From positions 54,126,001 through 54,190,000 of the forward strand of contig NC_043012.1 in assembly GCF_006345805.1 (NCBI RefSeq): 64,000 nt of DNA, given 5' to 3'. Shown here one piece after another: positions 24,184-35,160 of the stretch. How positions within the stretch are numbered: position 1 is the stretch's first letter; every line of letters starts with the position of its first letter. The DNA comes from Octopus sinensis. Its lineage: Eukaryota. The translations under genes and the position numbers were made by a program. The notes below the pieces were generated by a model. The model was not told the origin of the DNA, ran no database searches, and was given only the letters and a program-made list of their open reading frames with translations.

Positions 24184-24950
24184 CTTTACAAGATAAGGGC
24201 AGAAGAAAAATTCTAATGCCAGATACGCCGAAACAAAAGAAATTGTCGATAACCATTAAATTATGCGTCTCGAAATAAACCGATAGAAATCTCTAAAAAA
24301 TTCGTTATTACCGTATTGGTCCATTTTTTTTTTTTTTTTCGGCGTATCTGGTATTAGAATTTTTCTTCTGCCCTTATCTTGTAAATTATGTATAAATTTT
24401 ACCTTTAAAGGCATTTTTTGATATGCTGGCCATTGATAAACATTTTTTCCCGAAAAAAATTTTATCCTATATTTAATTATAAATACATTAGTGTTTCACT
24501 TCCGGATTCTATCACTCTGTGAAAGTTTCTAGTTCGAATCACACGTGTCTCGAGGTGCGCCGAAGATTTTTCTATTTGGATATATTTGGAGTACTTAAGT
24601 CTGCTCGGGACTTGGCGCTTGCTTCTTCCGTGGGTATGTATAAGTATTTCATTTATATCTCGCGTATGTACCGCTGAAGAGGGGAAAATTTCTTGTGAAT
24701 TAACCCCGAAATTGGACCAATACGGTAATAACGAATTTTTTAGAGATTTCTATCGGTTTATTTCGAGACGCATAAAATTAATGATTATCGACATTTTTTT
24801 TTTGTTTCGGTGTATCTGGCATTAGAATTTTTCTTCTGCCCTTATCTTGTAAATTATGTATAAATTTTACCTTTAAAGGCATTTTATGATATGCTGGCCC
24901 TTCATAAAAAATTTTTTCCCGAAAAAATGTTATCCTCTATCAATTATATA
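24184..24950 (+). mobile_element. Non-coding hammerhead-bearing unit with direct (~140 bp, period 468) and inverted (~140 bp) repeats; PLE pseudo-LTR or retrozyme-like
   Basis: 24340-24480 repeats at 24808-24948; 24184-24323 is the reverse complement of 24713-24853; hammerhead at 24669; flanked by (TA)n. Confidence 0.7.
24669..24727 (+). ncRNA. Type-I hammerhead ribozyme, intact core
   Basis: taccg-CTGAAGA-gggg(aaaatttcttgtgaattaa)cccc-GAAA-ttggaccaa-TA-cggta: all conserved core positions present, stems I-III pair, AUA cleavage triplet after 24722. Confidence 0.85.
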
Positions 24951-24957
24951 TATATAT

Positions 24958-25150
24958 TCTTTTACTTGTTTCAGTCATTTGACTGCAACCATGCTGGAGC
25001 ACCGCCTTCGCACAAATCGACCCAATGACATATTCTTTGTAAGCCTAGTACTTATTCTATCGGTCTCTTTTGCCGAACCGCTAGGTTCCAAGGATGTAAG
25101 CATACCAACATCAGTTGTCAAGCGATGGTGGGGGGACAAACACAGACACA
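24958..25150 (-). mobile_element. SINE family A 3' module
   Basis: Reverse tail sequence running into (TA)n. Confidence 0.8.
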
Positions 25151-25178
25151 CACATATATATATGCATGTATATATATT

Positions 25179-25220
<42 letters not shown>

Positions 25221-25351
25221 GTGAATTATTTTTCTCGTAAATTGTATCGAGATTATTTTACACTGGTGGCTGCTGGGATTTCGGTGCGAAACGAATCAGT
25301 TGCAGCACAAACTTCAAGACGATGGGTTGGGAATCTCTAACCATGGTAACG

Positions 25352-25401
25352 CGTGCTGAAGAAGCTAAGGCTTATTTCGCCAATGCAGAAACCGGTCCAC
25401 G
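25352..25401 (+). ncRNA. Minimal type-I hammerhead ribozyme motif, dimer type
   Basis: cgtg-CTGAAGA-a-gctaaggc(ttatttc)gccaatgc-a-GAAA-ccgg-TC-cacg: stem I cgtg/cacg, palindromic ACCGGT stem III, GUC triplet; A.A mismatch at the base of stem II. Confidence 0.7.
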
Positions 25402-25541
25402 TGAGTCCAAATACTTAAATGTATGTTAGTAGATTGTCTTAACCAAATTTTGCTTTCGTTTGATTTCTGTAGTTTTCATCAGTGTATTTTTGGCGATTTA
25501 ATAAGAGTTTTGACTGTTATTTCAAGCAGGTAGACATATTA

Positions 25542-26821
25542 CGAGGGACGTTCAATAAGTAATGCCTCTGACCCATTTGCAGTTGTTTGATCTAGCATGT
25601 GCATATCATTTATATCTCTATAGAGTAAGTGGCAAATTACAGCTCTGAATTAATTGTGGTTTCTGATTTACAGGTGTTTGAACCGAGTCAAGTGTGAAAT
25701 GGAGCCTGTTCAGTGTCGAGCAGTGATCCGGTTTTTGTATTTGAAAGGACGCACACCACGAGAGACGTTTGATGAAATGAAAGTAACTTATGATGATGAT
25801 GCCCCATCATATGACCTTGTAAAATGCTGGCATCGTGAATTCAAACATGGTCGGAACTCTGTGGAAACAGCTCCCAGATCTGGTCGCCCCTTCTGCCATT
25901 GATTTGGCATCTGTCCGTCAAGTTGAGGCTGCCATTTTGGAAGATCGACGCATAATTATTCGCCAAATAGCCCATGAGGTCAAGATTAGTACCGGGTCTG
26001 TAGAAACTATCATTCATGACCATTTGCATATGCAAAAGGTGTCTGCCAGATGGATTCCCAGGTTGCTCACGCCTTTCCAGAAGCAAGAACGCGTCGAGTG
26101 CTCGAGGGTGAATTTAGAGATGTGCCAAGAAGATGAGTCAAACTTTTTCAAAAGACTGATTACACAGGATGAAACCTGGGTCCATCACGATGATCCAGAG
26201 ACCAAAGCCCAGTCAATGCAGTGGAAGCACCGTGACTCAGCCCCTCCAAAGAAGGCAAGGGTGCAGCCCTCTGCTGGCAAGGTCATGCTCACAGTCTTCT
26301 GGGACCAGGACAGAGTAGTGATGACAGATTTCCTGGCAAAGGGTACCACAATTGCAGGAGCCTATTATGCTTCACTTTTGAGGAAATTAAGAAAAGCTAT
26401 CAAAATCAAGAGGCGGGGCAAGATCAGCAAAGGCATCCTCCTCCTGCAGGACAACGCTCCGGTCCACAACTCGCTTGTCGCCAGATCAGAAGCACAGGCG
26501 TATGGCTATGAACTTCTCCCCCATCCCCCTACTTTCCTGACCTTGCACCCTCTGATTTTCACCTCTTCCCAATCATGAAGTTGTTTTTGAAAGGAAAGCG
26601 TTTCCCAGATGATGCAGCCTTGATTTCTGAAGTCACGTTGAGGTTGGAGGACCAAGCTGGGGTCTTCTACAAAAACGGTCTCCAGAGCTGCATCAAACAA
26701 TGGGAGAAATGCGTAACTCTGGGTGGTTCCTATGTAGAAAAAGACTAATAACCGTGCCAAGTTTCGTTGCTCTACTGCTATGGGAAGTGGGTCAGGGGCA
26801 TTACTTATTGAACGCCCCTCG
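25542..26821 (+). mobile_element. Full-length mariner transposon (1280 bp), irritans/Hsmar2-like
   Basis: 34-bp TIRs cgagggacgttcaataagtaatgcctctgaccca with 2 mismatches; TA TSDs at 25540-41 and 26822-23. Confidence 0.95.
25699..26748 (+). pseudogene. Mariner D,D34D transposase with two frameshifts (~25890, ~26527)
   Basis: MEPVQCRAVIRFLYLKG...WIPRLL...ITQDETWVH...QDNAPVH...HPP/YFPDLAPSDFHLFP...GGSYVEKD*; 34 residues between the second and third Asp after frame correction. Confidence 0.92.
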
Positions 26822-26869
26822 TATGTCCTTTGATTGATTTTAATATATATATATACATACATACATATA

Positions 26870-26876
26870 TGTGTGT

Positions 26877-26956
<80 letters not shown>

Positions 26957-26962
26957 GTGTGT
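26870..26962. repeat. (TG)n microsatellite
   Basis: Directly visible. Confidence 0.9.
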
Positions 26963-27066
26963 AATTGGATTGTTAGCTAACACTCCGTTTCCGTTGAATC
27001 CCTTGCGCGAAACGGGTTGGTACGATCGGCCGTAAAGGAAATATAATATTGTACATTTCGGATATT

Positions 27067-27100
<34 letters not shown>

Positions 27101-27380
27101 CTCCTGTACCAACCTAAACTCAAAACCCAGAGTTCTGAAGCATGAACTTTCGACCATCAAGATTCTTGAGTGTCAGCCTCTAAGTCTGATGAAACAGTTC
27201 ACATATTCGGACGGAACGATTCCTAACAACCACAGCGTAGAAAGCAGAGATGATTTACTGCATACAGTTCATTGCGTTTGCTTTCAGGTAACTCGACGAT
27301 CGATTGTGAAAACGACATGTTATTACATCCTCAACAAAATGTCAAGTTTACCGAATAGTAGCACTATCTTATCTATTGTA

Positions 27381-27947
27381 TTGGGTTGTCCGGAAAGTTC
27401 GTGCTGAATTTTAAAGGAAAGAAAAAGGTCAATAAATACTTGCCATTATATTTTTAATCAACTAAATATGAACCATTTTGTTGCACAATGTGTCTCCATC
27501 TTTCCTTTAACTTGAAAATACCCTCTTTCCAGAATTGAGGTGGTTTCATGGCAAAGAATTCATCAAGGTATCTTTTTACATCATCCAAGGAATTGAAATT
27601 TTTACCATTTAAGACTATTCTGCAGAGACCTGAATAAGTGGAAATCCGAAGGAGCAATATCTGGTGAATATGGAGGGTGGGATAACACATCCCAGCCGAG
27701 CTGCAGCAATTTTTGTCTGGTTCCCAAAGCATCAAGTGCCGAAAATGAACATTCTTATCTTCCATTTTAAAGGGTTACAGAATTAACACAGATTATAGGA
27801 ACATAAATCTTCTTCCACGAAAAGATAGCTTAAACTGTGCTCTAAAGGGAGGTGTAGGCAAGTCCTATTTTATTGACTTAATCCTGTTCTAAAATAAGTC
27901 GAAATGTAAGCTACTATAAATTGGCACGAACTTTCCGGACAACCCAA
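27381..27947 (-). mobile_element. Internally deleted mariner (567 bp), cecropia/Hsmar1-like
   Basis: TIRs ttgggttgtccggaaagttcgtgc with TA TSDs. Minus strand has MEDKNVHFRHLMLW fused to the C-terminus (TRQKLLQLGWDVL.HPPYSPDIAPSDFHLFRSLQNSLNGKNFNSLDDVK...QQNGSYLVD*). Confidence 0.9.
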
Positions 27948-27989
27948 TATTATGTATCGTTGGGTTATCAAAAAAACTGATGAGCTACG

Positions 27990-28340
27990 ACTTGCACCAT
28001 CTACTATCTGTAACGAACATCTTTTGAAAGCACCACATCTCCAGTCGGTGTAGAGGGGGGAGTCATGTAGCATACAATTAAGCCTATTACTGCGTCTATC
28101 CCGAGTAAATCGTAGTTGCCCAGAGTGGAACATGTGATCCGCATGGAAGACACTAAGTTCCACAAGTCTGTGTCCAGTAGTGGTCTTAATTGTATAAGCT
28201 GTCGATGATGGCGCCCGAAACTCTATTACAAGGATGCCATCAAACGAAGCAGGTAGCTTGATTACGATGGCATAAGAGAGGATAGCGACTGAGGGCAAAC
28301 AATGGCAGATGACTCTAAAAACAATGTGTAAATGTTGCAG
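27990..28340 (+). pseudogene. RTE-clade LINE 3' coding remnant
   Basis: Frame-broken SGHVIRMEDTKFHKSV...RPKLYYKDAIKR resembles the RTE C-terminal LRW.GHV.RM.D.R.PK...GRPKLRYKD..KR motif. Confidence 0.6.
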
Positions 28341-28481
28341 CCGTCGAGTTTTCCGGTTCAATGGAGTTTTTTAATCCAACATTTACATGTTATGCTCATA
28401 GCTTTGTCTACTTCGAGTTGTACGTTAATATAAAATTATCCAATATCTCTCATAGTTTCTAAGCTCTCATGAAATACACAG

Positions 28482-28579
28482 TATGCACATACAGGTATAT
28501 GCTTGTATATATGTATACATATATGATATATATATATATATATATAAACATATATATATATATACATACATATACATGC

Positions 28580-28614
<35 letters not shown>

Positions 28615-28830
28615 ATATATGCACATACAGGTATATGCTTGTATATATGTATACATATATGATATATATATATATATAAACATATATATATATATACATA
28701 CATATACATGCATATATATATATATATATATGCACATACAGGTATATGCTTGTATATATGTATACATACATATACATATATATATAAACATATATATACA
28801 TACATATACATGCATATATATATATATACC
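28482..28830. repeat. Three tandem ~110-135 bp TA-rich composite units
   Basis: atgcacatacaggtatatgcttgtatatatgtatacata recurs at about 28482, 28619 and 28729. Confidence 0.8.
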
Positions 28831-28887
28831 CTCTCGATATCACAACATAGAATATATACGTGTGCGTATATTAAATATTCTAATTCT

Positions 28888-28889
<2 letters not shown>

Positions 28890-28939
<50 letters not shown>

Positions 28940-28950
28940 TAATAATAATA

Positions 28951-29006
<56 letters not shown>

Positions 29007-29112
29007 AATAATAGCAACAACAACGACGACGACGACGACGACGACGATGATGATGATGATGAAGATGATTACAACAGCAATAATGACGACAGCAATAATA
29101 ATGATGATAGTA
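28890..29112. repeat. (AAT)n(GAT)n(GAC)n compound trinucleotide tract
   Basis: Directly visible. Confidence 0.9.
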
Positions 29113-30062
29113 ATTCATAATGTATTCATTTCACAAAATTTAATTTAATTTGCATTTACATTTTATGTGCAGCATTACACGTGAAGAGTAAGATTAATGA
29201 GTGATGGATATCATGAAAGAAAATTTCTGCAAACAAATGATTTCCTGTCAAAAATTCATTTAAAAATTTTCACCATTTCACTTTAGAAACATATGAATTA
29301 TTTGAGATGATTTTCATTAAAAAATCGAAATTTTCGCAAATATGTATCGATCTAAATATAATAAACCAAAGTGATATTAATTTCTTTTTGACTATATTGA
29401 AGGACATTTGTTATTATTGATTTTTCCATATTGCTGCCACTTATATTGGATATCGATCACAATATGTAATTATCTGTGTGGACCTTGATACTTATTATGA
29501 AAATCGGTATCGGATGAGATACTTAGAAGGAAAATCGGAATTGGTTCAGGTATTTCTAATGGAAGTCAGAAACAGCTCAAAAGTTTATACAAGAAATCTG
29601 CGTCAGCCTAGATAAAATTCGTTCACAGAACTGAAGGACTAAGATTAAATAAGCGTATATATTCTAGTCCGGGCTTATTTATCTTTGGATCACGACAAAG
29701 TTACAGTTATTTAATGGTTCAGGGAACGTGATATCTGTTTTAAATTATTTTAATCTTTGCACTGAAGCTAAAGCTGTGTTTCATTGCTGTCAGGATGAGC
29801 GGAAAATCTGTGAAGCCTTTGCAGGATTTTATGTTTATGTTTATGTTTTCCCGTTTCAGCTCTTGAGCTGTGGCCAATCTGGGGCACCTAGTCACTTTAA
29901 CTTTTAAAATGTCAACCGTCCTATAAACGCGATCCTTTGGTTGGCTTCCACAAACCCACTTTCAAAGACGATATATACGGAACTTACTAAAAGATTTTCT
30001 CAAAATTTATGATGAAATTATGAGCTCGTGTTTAAATGCAAAAATCTTATAGCTTAATTTCA

Positions 30063-30350
30063 TTGTATCTTGGGAGGGTCATTATGCCAATAATAAACAC
30101 ATGTACTGGTTCAGTTTCACTTCTTTAGTTAATTTGTCAATTGGTTAACTATTTCAACCAATTAACTAATCGATTCTTTGATTAATCGTTCGGCCTATCA
30201 ATCAGCTAAATTTGCCAAAGTCCTTTTTCTAGCCATTCTCCAGTCGTCAGTCGGTTAGTTAATTGACCAAATAATTAACCGGTTGACAAATAAAAGATAA
30301 AGAAGTAACTGGAACCTGTGCGTGTGTTTGTTATCCCTCTCGAAATACAA
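30063..30350. mobile_element. Foldback MITE (~288 bp)
   Basis: Left arm ttgtatcttgggaggg...tttgtcaattggttaactatttcaaccaattaactaatcg pairs with right arm cggttagttaattgaccaaataattaaccggttgacaaa...ccctctcgaaatacaa. Confidence 0.7.
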
Positions 30351-30560
30351 CAAACTATATTTCAATGCACGAGTTAACTTTAAGAAGTTTTCAAACCAAA
30401 TACAAAAACGACTTATAACTTAATCTAGTCAGGGAACTTTTTGATACCCCCTCGTACATCATATTGGGGTATTATAAAGACCTTATTTGCTTACAATGCA
30501 TGTAGTTACCATCAGAGCCCCATGTTTCTCTAAGTTCATAGCAATATTGGGCGAAATATA

Positions 30561-30810
30561 AATAAATGCGTCCTTTTTAAAGCCTAGCCAGGTTCATGGG
30601 CCCGGTTTCAATGGCGTATGTGCTCCCTAGCTGGACAGAACGCCAGTCCATCGCAGCGTTACTCATTTTTGCCAGCTGAGTGGACTGGAGCAACGTGAAA
30701 TGAAGTATTTCGCTCAAGAACACAACGCGTCGCCCGGTCCAGGAATCGAAACCACAATCTTACGATCATGATGCTGACACCCTAACCACTAAGCCACGCG
30801 CCTCTACTGT
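30561..30810 (-). mobile_element. SINE with head D and ctgcgatggactggcg tail
   Basis: TSD gcgaaatata at 30551-30560 and 30811-30820; head ggcgcgtggcttagtggttagggtgtcagcatcatgatcgtaag. Confidence 0.85.
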
Positions 30811-31249
30811 GCGAAATATACTACACTATAACAGTTTATTAGAGCTAGTTGTAGTACACACTGTCTACTTATCTATATTTAGGTGGGCTAAGTAATTTGA
30901 GAGGTGAGAATTTTTTTCAGAGTCACTAAGCATGTTGATTGGTTTCAAATGATGGGTCTTTTGAATCGATTTGCTTTTGCTCTTGTGAAACTCGTACCTC
31001 GCAAGTAATACATACAATACAATATCAACTCTGCAAGTCAGTTTTAAGCATCCATCTTCTTTTCAGTAATAGATTCCAACGGAGAAATGCATTTCATAAT
31101 AGCCATTGAAATACTTGGACAATTTTAGAGCTAAAATAGAAAAAAAAAAAACCACTTCAATAGATTGTGTGCATGGATTCTATTGCTATTCTGTTAGTAG
31201 TTATCTCTTATATAATTGCCTTTTCGTTACTTTGTGTTGTTTGCCGGCA

Positions 31250-31460
31250 ATTATGGAACCGTTGCTATAGCCACAAGTGGAAGAAGATGGAACATTTCTC
31301 TTCCTGGTTTGGTTTTTGCTTGTTATGCTTTTAAACTATACTAAAAGTGAACAGGAAAAAGAAACATTTCATCTATGACTGCCTGGTTAATGGATTCTTC
31401 TATCCACTTCTATTACAACTTCGTTGACTTCGTAACCACTAGAAGCAATTCTTGCCTTTG
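31250..31460 (-). pseudogene. Possible C-terminus of an REL-endonuclease LINE (HERO/R2-group-like)
   Basis: ARIASSGYEVNEVVIEVDRRI followed, after stops, by EKCS...LWL resembles the IEVG.RG...AE..S..IW..R terminus; abuts (TTA)n. Confidence 0.4.
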
Positions 31461-31478
31461 ATATTATTATTACTATTA

Positions 31479-31515
<37 letters not shown>

Positions 31516-31572
31516 CATCATCATCATCATCATCATATCATCATCATCATCATCATCATTATTATTATTATA

Positions 31573-31620
<48 letters not shown>

Positions 31621-31860
31621 CATCATCATCATTATTAATATTATTATTATTATTATTATAATTATTATTATTATCATTATTATTATTATTATTGTTATTA
31701 TCATCATTATTATTATTATTATTATTATATATTATTATTATTATTATTATCATTATTATCATTATTATTATCATTATTATTATTATTATATTATTATTAT
31801 ATTATTATTATAATTATTATTATCATCATCATCATCATCATTATTATTATTATTATTAAT
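31461..31860. repeat. (TTA/TCA)n microsatellite (~400 bp)
   Basis: Directly visible. Confidence 0.92.
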
Positions 31861-32430
31861 AGTTTGTTTCAGTTGACCAAATTAAAATATTTCAATTACG
31901 ATTTCTTAATTGAAAAAAATTTAGTTAGCAACTAATTCGTTTCATAAAACAACACTATTTTCCATGCAGATGCTCTAGCTAGAGTCGTTTTTTTTTTTTT
32001 TTTTTTCAATAATTACTATTATTACTAATTCGATTCGACTGGTCCTTTTAAATCAGAATCGTCAGAAGTAGTTATTATTTTAATACCATAACTCTTGACT
32101 GTTCTCCACCATAACTCTGTGCTATGTTCCTCATCGTATTACTTGACTCAATTCACTTATCTGCAAAAAGGCACAACAAAAAGGTACTACATTATAGTAC
32201 AGCTCGACGTGCCAACAAGGGAGCCTTTAAGCGGTCGATCTACATGCAAGAAATAGGTGCCAAATTACACCAAAATATCTCAAATAATTTAAGGACTCTT
32301 TGGGTAACGTAATTCTTAATACGCTATACCTGAACAAAAAGACTGCTGATCGTACTTGTAGTATCTTTGATCACGTGACCGCTCGGTCGAACCTGATCTG
32401 GTGTTCACTCACAATAACAACAGCTTACAT

Positions 32431-32501
32431 TAAACAGCGGAAACCGCTCTAAACAACGGAAATCGCCCTAAACAGCGGAAAGCTCTCTAAACAGCGGAAA
32501 C
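32431..32501. repeat. 19-bp minisatellite, ~3.7 units
   Basis: taaacagcggaaaccgctc, taaacaacggaaatcgccc, taaacagcggaaagctctc, taaacagcggaaac. Confidence 0.85.
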
Positions 32502-33185
32502 TTTAAGTACATTTCTATAGTAGATTGCGCAGCAGAGTGGTCAACCAGGAAATTGTATTGACTTCAATATATTAGACGAAGATGAACGTTTCTGTGGTAT
32601 TCCAACGACCTGGTGATTTATAAGACTCACATTAAAGCTTAATTCTTCAGCTAAATATTAAAGAATTCAAGAATCGATATAGTGATTTCAATGATTCTCT
32701 CTGCACCAATACACACACACACGCACACACACACAAACGCACACACACGTATATATATTTACATGCACATATAGAGAGACACTTGTGTGTGTGCACGTAA
32801 GCATATATATATGTGTGTGTATGTGTATATATGTGCATGTATATATGTATGTGTGTGTTTGTGTGTATGTGTGTATGTGTGTGTGTGTGTAAATGCATGA
32901 TGATGATGATCATCATCATCACCATCTCTTTGTACCATAACCATCAAATGTCGTTTAAAGATTGCATTTGCAGCATTTGGAGCTAATGGCCTGCGAGGTA
33001 CCACAGCACTAGACAAAATTCTTTTCCACTTGCGTGGACTGGCGCGACATAGATCGAACCCACGACGCAAATACTGCGAGTCTAATAGTCGAGCTACAAG
33101 GCCATTCACCTTCACATGCATACATAAGATATGTGCGTATGGTGTGTGCGTACGTATACATATGTATGCATACATACGTATATGC

Positions 33186-33450
33186 GAGGGTGCGTGGCCT
33201 ACTGGTTAGACAGTTGCATTCACGATCTTTAGATCGCGGTTTTGATTCCCTGACTGAGCGGCACAATATGTTCTTGAGCAAAACACTTCATTTTGCATTG
33301 CTTTAGTCTTACTATAAGAGGGAAATTCTGGTCTACTCAACTAGCCAGCGGGTTGGCGTCATTCGAAGGCCAAAAAAATGCAAAAGCACATTGTGACCAG
33401 CGATGTGTAACAACATCTGATAGCCTGGTCGGTGTTGACGTGACATACGT
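33186..33450 (+). mobile_element. SINE with head D and tail G (cattgtgaccagcgatgtgtaacaacatctgat)
   Basis: The same tail occurs at 20195-20300; a degraded inverted relative lies at about 32920-33110. Confidence 0.7.
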
Positions 33451-33460
33451 ATATACACTC

Positions 33461-33680
33461 GGAGGAGAGCTGGCAGAATCGTTAGCACGCCGGGCGAAAT
33501 GGTTAGCGGTATTTCGTCTGTCTTTACGTTCTGAGTTCAAATTCCGCCGAGGTCGACTTTGCCTTTCATCCTTTCGGGTCGATAAATTAAGTACCAGTTA
33601 CGCACGAGGGTCGATGTAATCGACTTAATCCGTTTGTCTGTCCTTGTTTGTCCTCTCTGTGTTTAGCCCTTTGTGGGCAA
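33461..33680 (+). mobile_element. SINE family B (tail1 type)
   Basis: Complete copy, tail truncated at gtgggcaa. Confidence 0.85.
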
Positions 33681-33957
33681 CACACATATACTTATGTGTG
33701 TATATATACATACATACACATATGTGTTTAACATAAGTATGTGCATATATACGCACACACATACATGCGCACACGCACACACATACACATACACAGGTTA
33801 TCTCTGGACAAAGGCTAATACATACATATATATATAAGTAAATGCGAGGATATATTAACCTCTTAAAGGGATTATTACATCCAAGACCACACTGGTTTTA
33901 TACTTTATATTATTAGAAAAAAATTTCTCTAAAATACATAGATATATATTAAGCAAA

Positions 33958-34298
33958 TAATCTATATTCCATTAAGAGAAGAAAATGGAGAGATAATGGT
34001 TACTAATTAATTTATTAACATATTGATAACCATTCCTACAATTGTTTCAATTTATACCCAATAAATTACAAATTTATTAAATAAATTTACATTTATAAGT
34101 TGTGAGCAAAATATCATAGGGGAGAATGTTTAATATCTCCCTGATGATTTTTGCTCACAACTTTTAAATGCAAATTTGTTACATAAATTTGTAATTTTTT
34201 TATGGATTATAAAGTGAAACATTTGTAGGAATGGTTATCAATAAATTAAGTATTAACCATTAACTCTCCATTTTCTCCTCTAAATTGAATATAGATTA
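33958..34298. mobile_element. 341-bp palindromic foldback element
   Basis: Arms of about 160 bp (taatctatattc...gggaga / tctccc...gaatatagatta), roughly 80% complementary, loop about 10 nt. Confidence 0.8.
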
Positions 34299-34356
34299 TA
34301 TACATATCTGTGTGTGTCTGTGACTGTTTCTATATGTATATTCGAACATTTTCTAA

Positions 34357-34519
34357 GGCGTAGGAGTGGCCGTGTGGTAAGTAGCTTGCTTACTAACCAC
34401 ATGGTTCCGGGTTCAGTCCCACTGCGTAGCACCTTGGGCAAGTGTCTTCTACTATAGCTTCAAGCCGACCAAAGCCTTGTGAGTGGATTTGGTAGACGGA
34501 AACTGAAGGAAGCCCGTCG

Positions 34520-34550
<31 letters not shown>

Positions 34551-34799
34551 GTGGTGTGTGTGTGTGTGTGTGTGTATGTGTGTGTGTGTGCATGTATGTT
34601 TGTGTGTCTGTGTTTGTACCCCCAACATCGCTTGACACCCGATGCTGGTGTGTTTACGCCCCCGTAACATAGCGGTTCGGCAAAAGCGACCAATAGAATA
34701 GGTACTGGCTTACAAAGAATAAGTCCTGGGGTCGATTTGCTCGACTAAAGGTGGTGCTCCAGCATAGCCACAGTCAAATGACTGAAACAAGTAAAAGAG
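34357..34799 (+). mobile_element. SINE family A, full length
   Basis: Both modules around an internal (TA)(TG) tract. Confidence 0.9.
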
Positions 34800-34929
34800 T
34801 AGTCTGTCTACTCAAATTTTAGAAGGGGAAATAAGCCTTAAAGGTCAAGAATAACTGTGACTTCTTGGAAATGAAGAACTTGCTAAGTCCTAAAACAGCC
34901 CAACTTATGATGTGTTAAAGACAGCTTAA

Positions 34930-35160
34930 CTCAAATGTCGTGTATCTCTGACTTCATCAAGGTCTTTGGTAGAGTCGATCACAGCATTCTGCTGCAAAAT
35001 CTATCCACTATTAAAATCAAACGCTAAACATCTGATAAACAGAACTCAACATTTTGTGATTGATTCTTGTGATTTGACATAACTGACGTTTTCCAATGCG
35101 GTTCGTCGTGGCTTTTTTGTCTTTGTCATTTTACAATTTGTATAAACTAGGTCGAAAATA
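34930..35160 (+). pseudogene. CR1-group LINE reverse transcriptase remnant
   Basis: Frame-broken NVVY.DFIKVFGRVDHSILLQNL resembles D.IYLDFSKAFD.VDH.ILL.KL. Confidence 0.55.
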
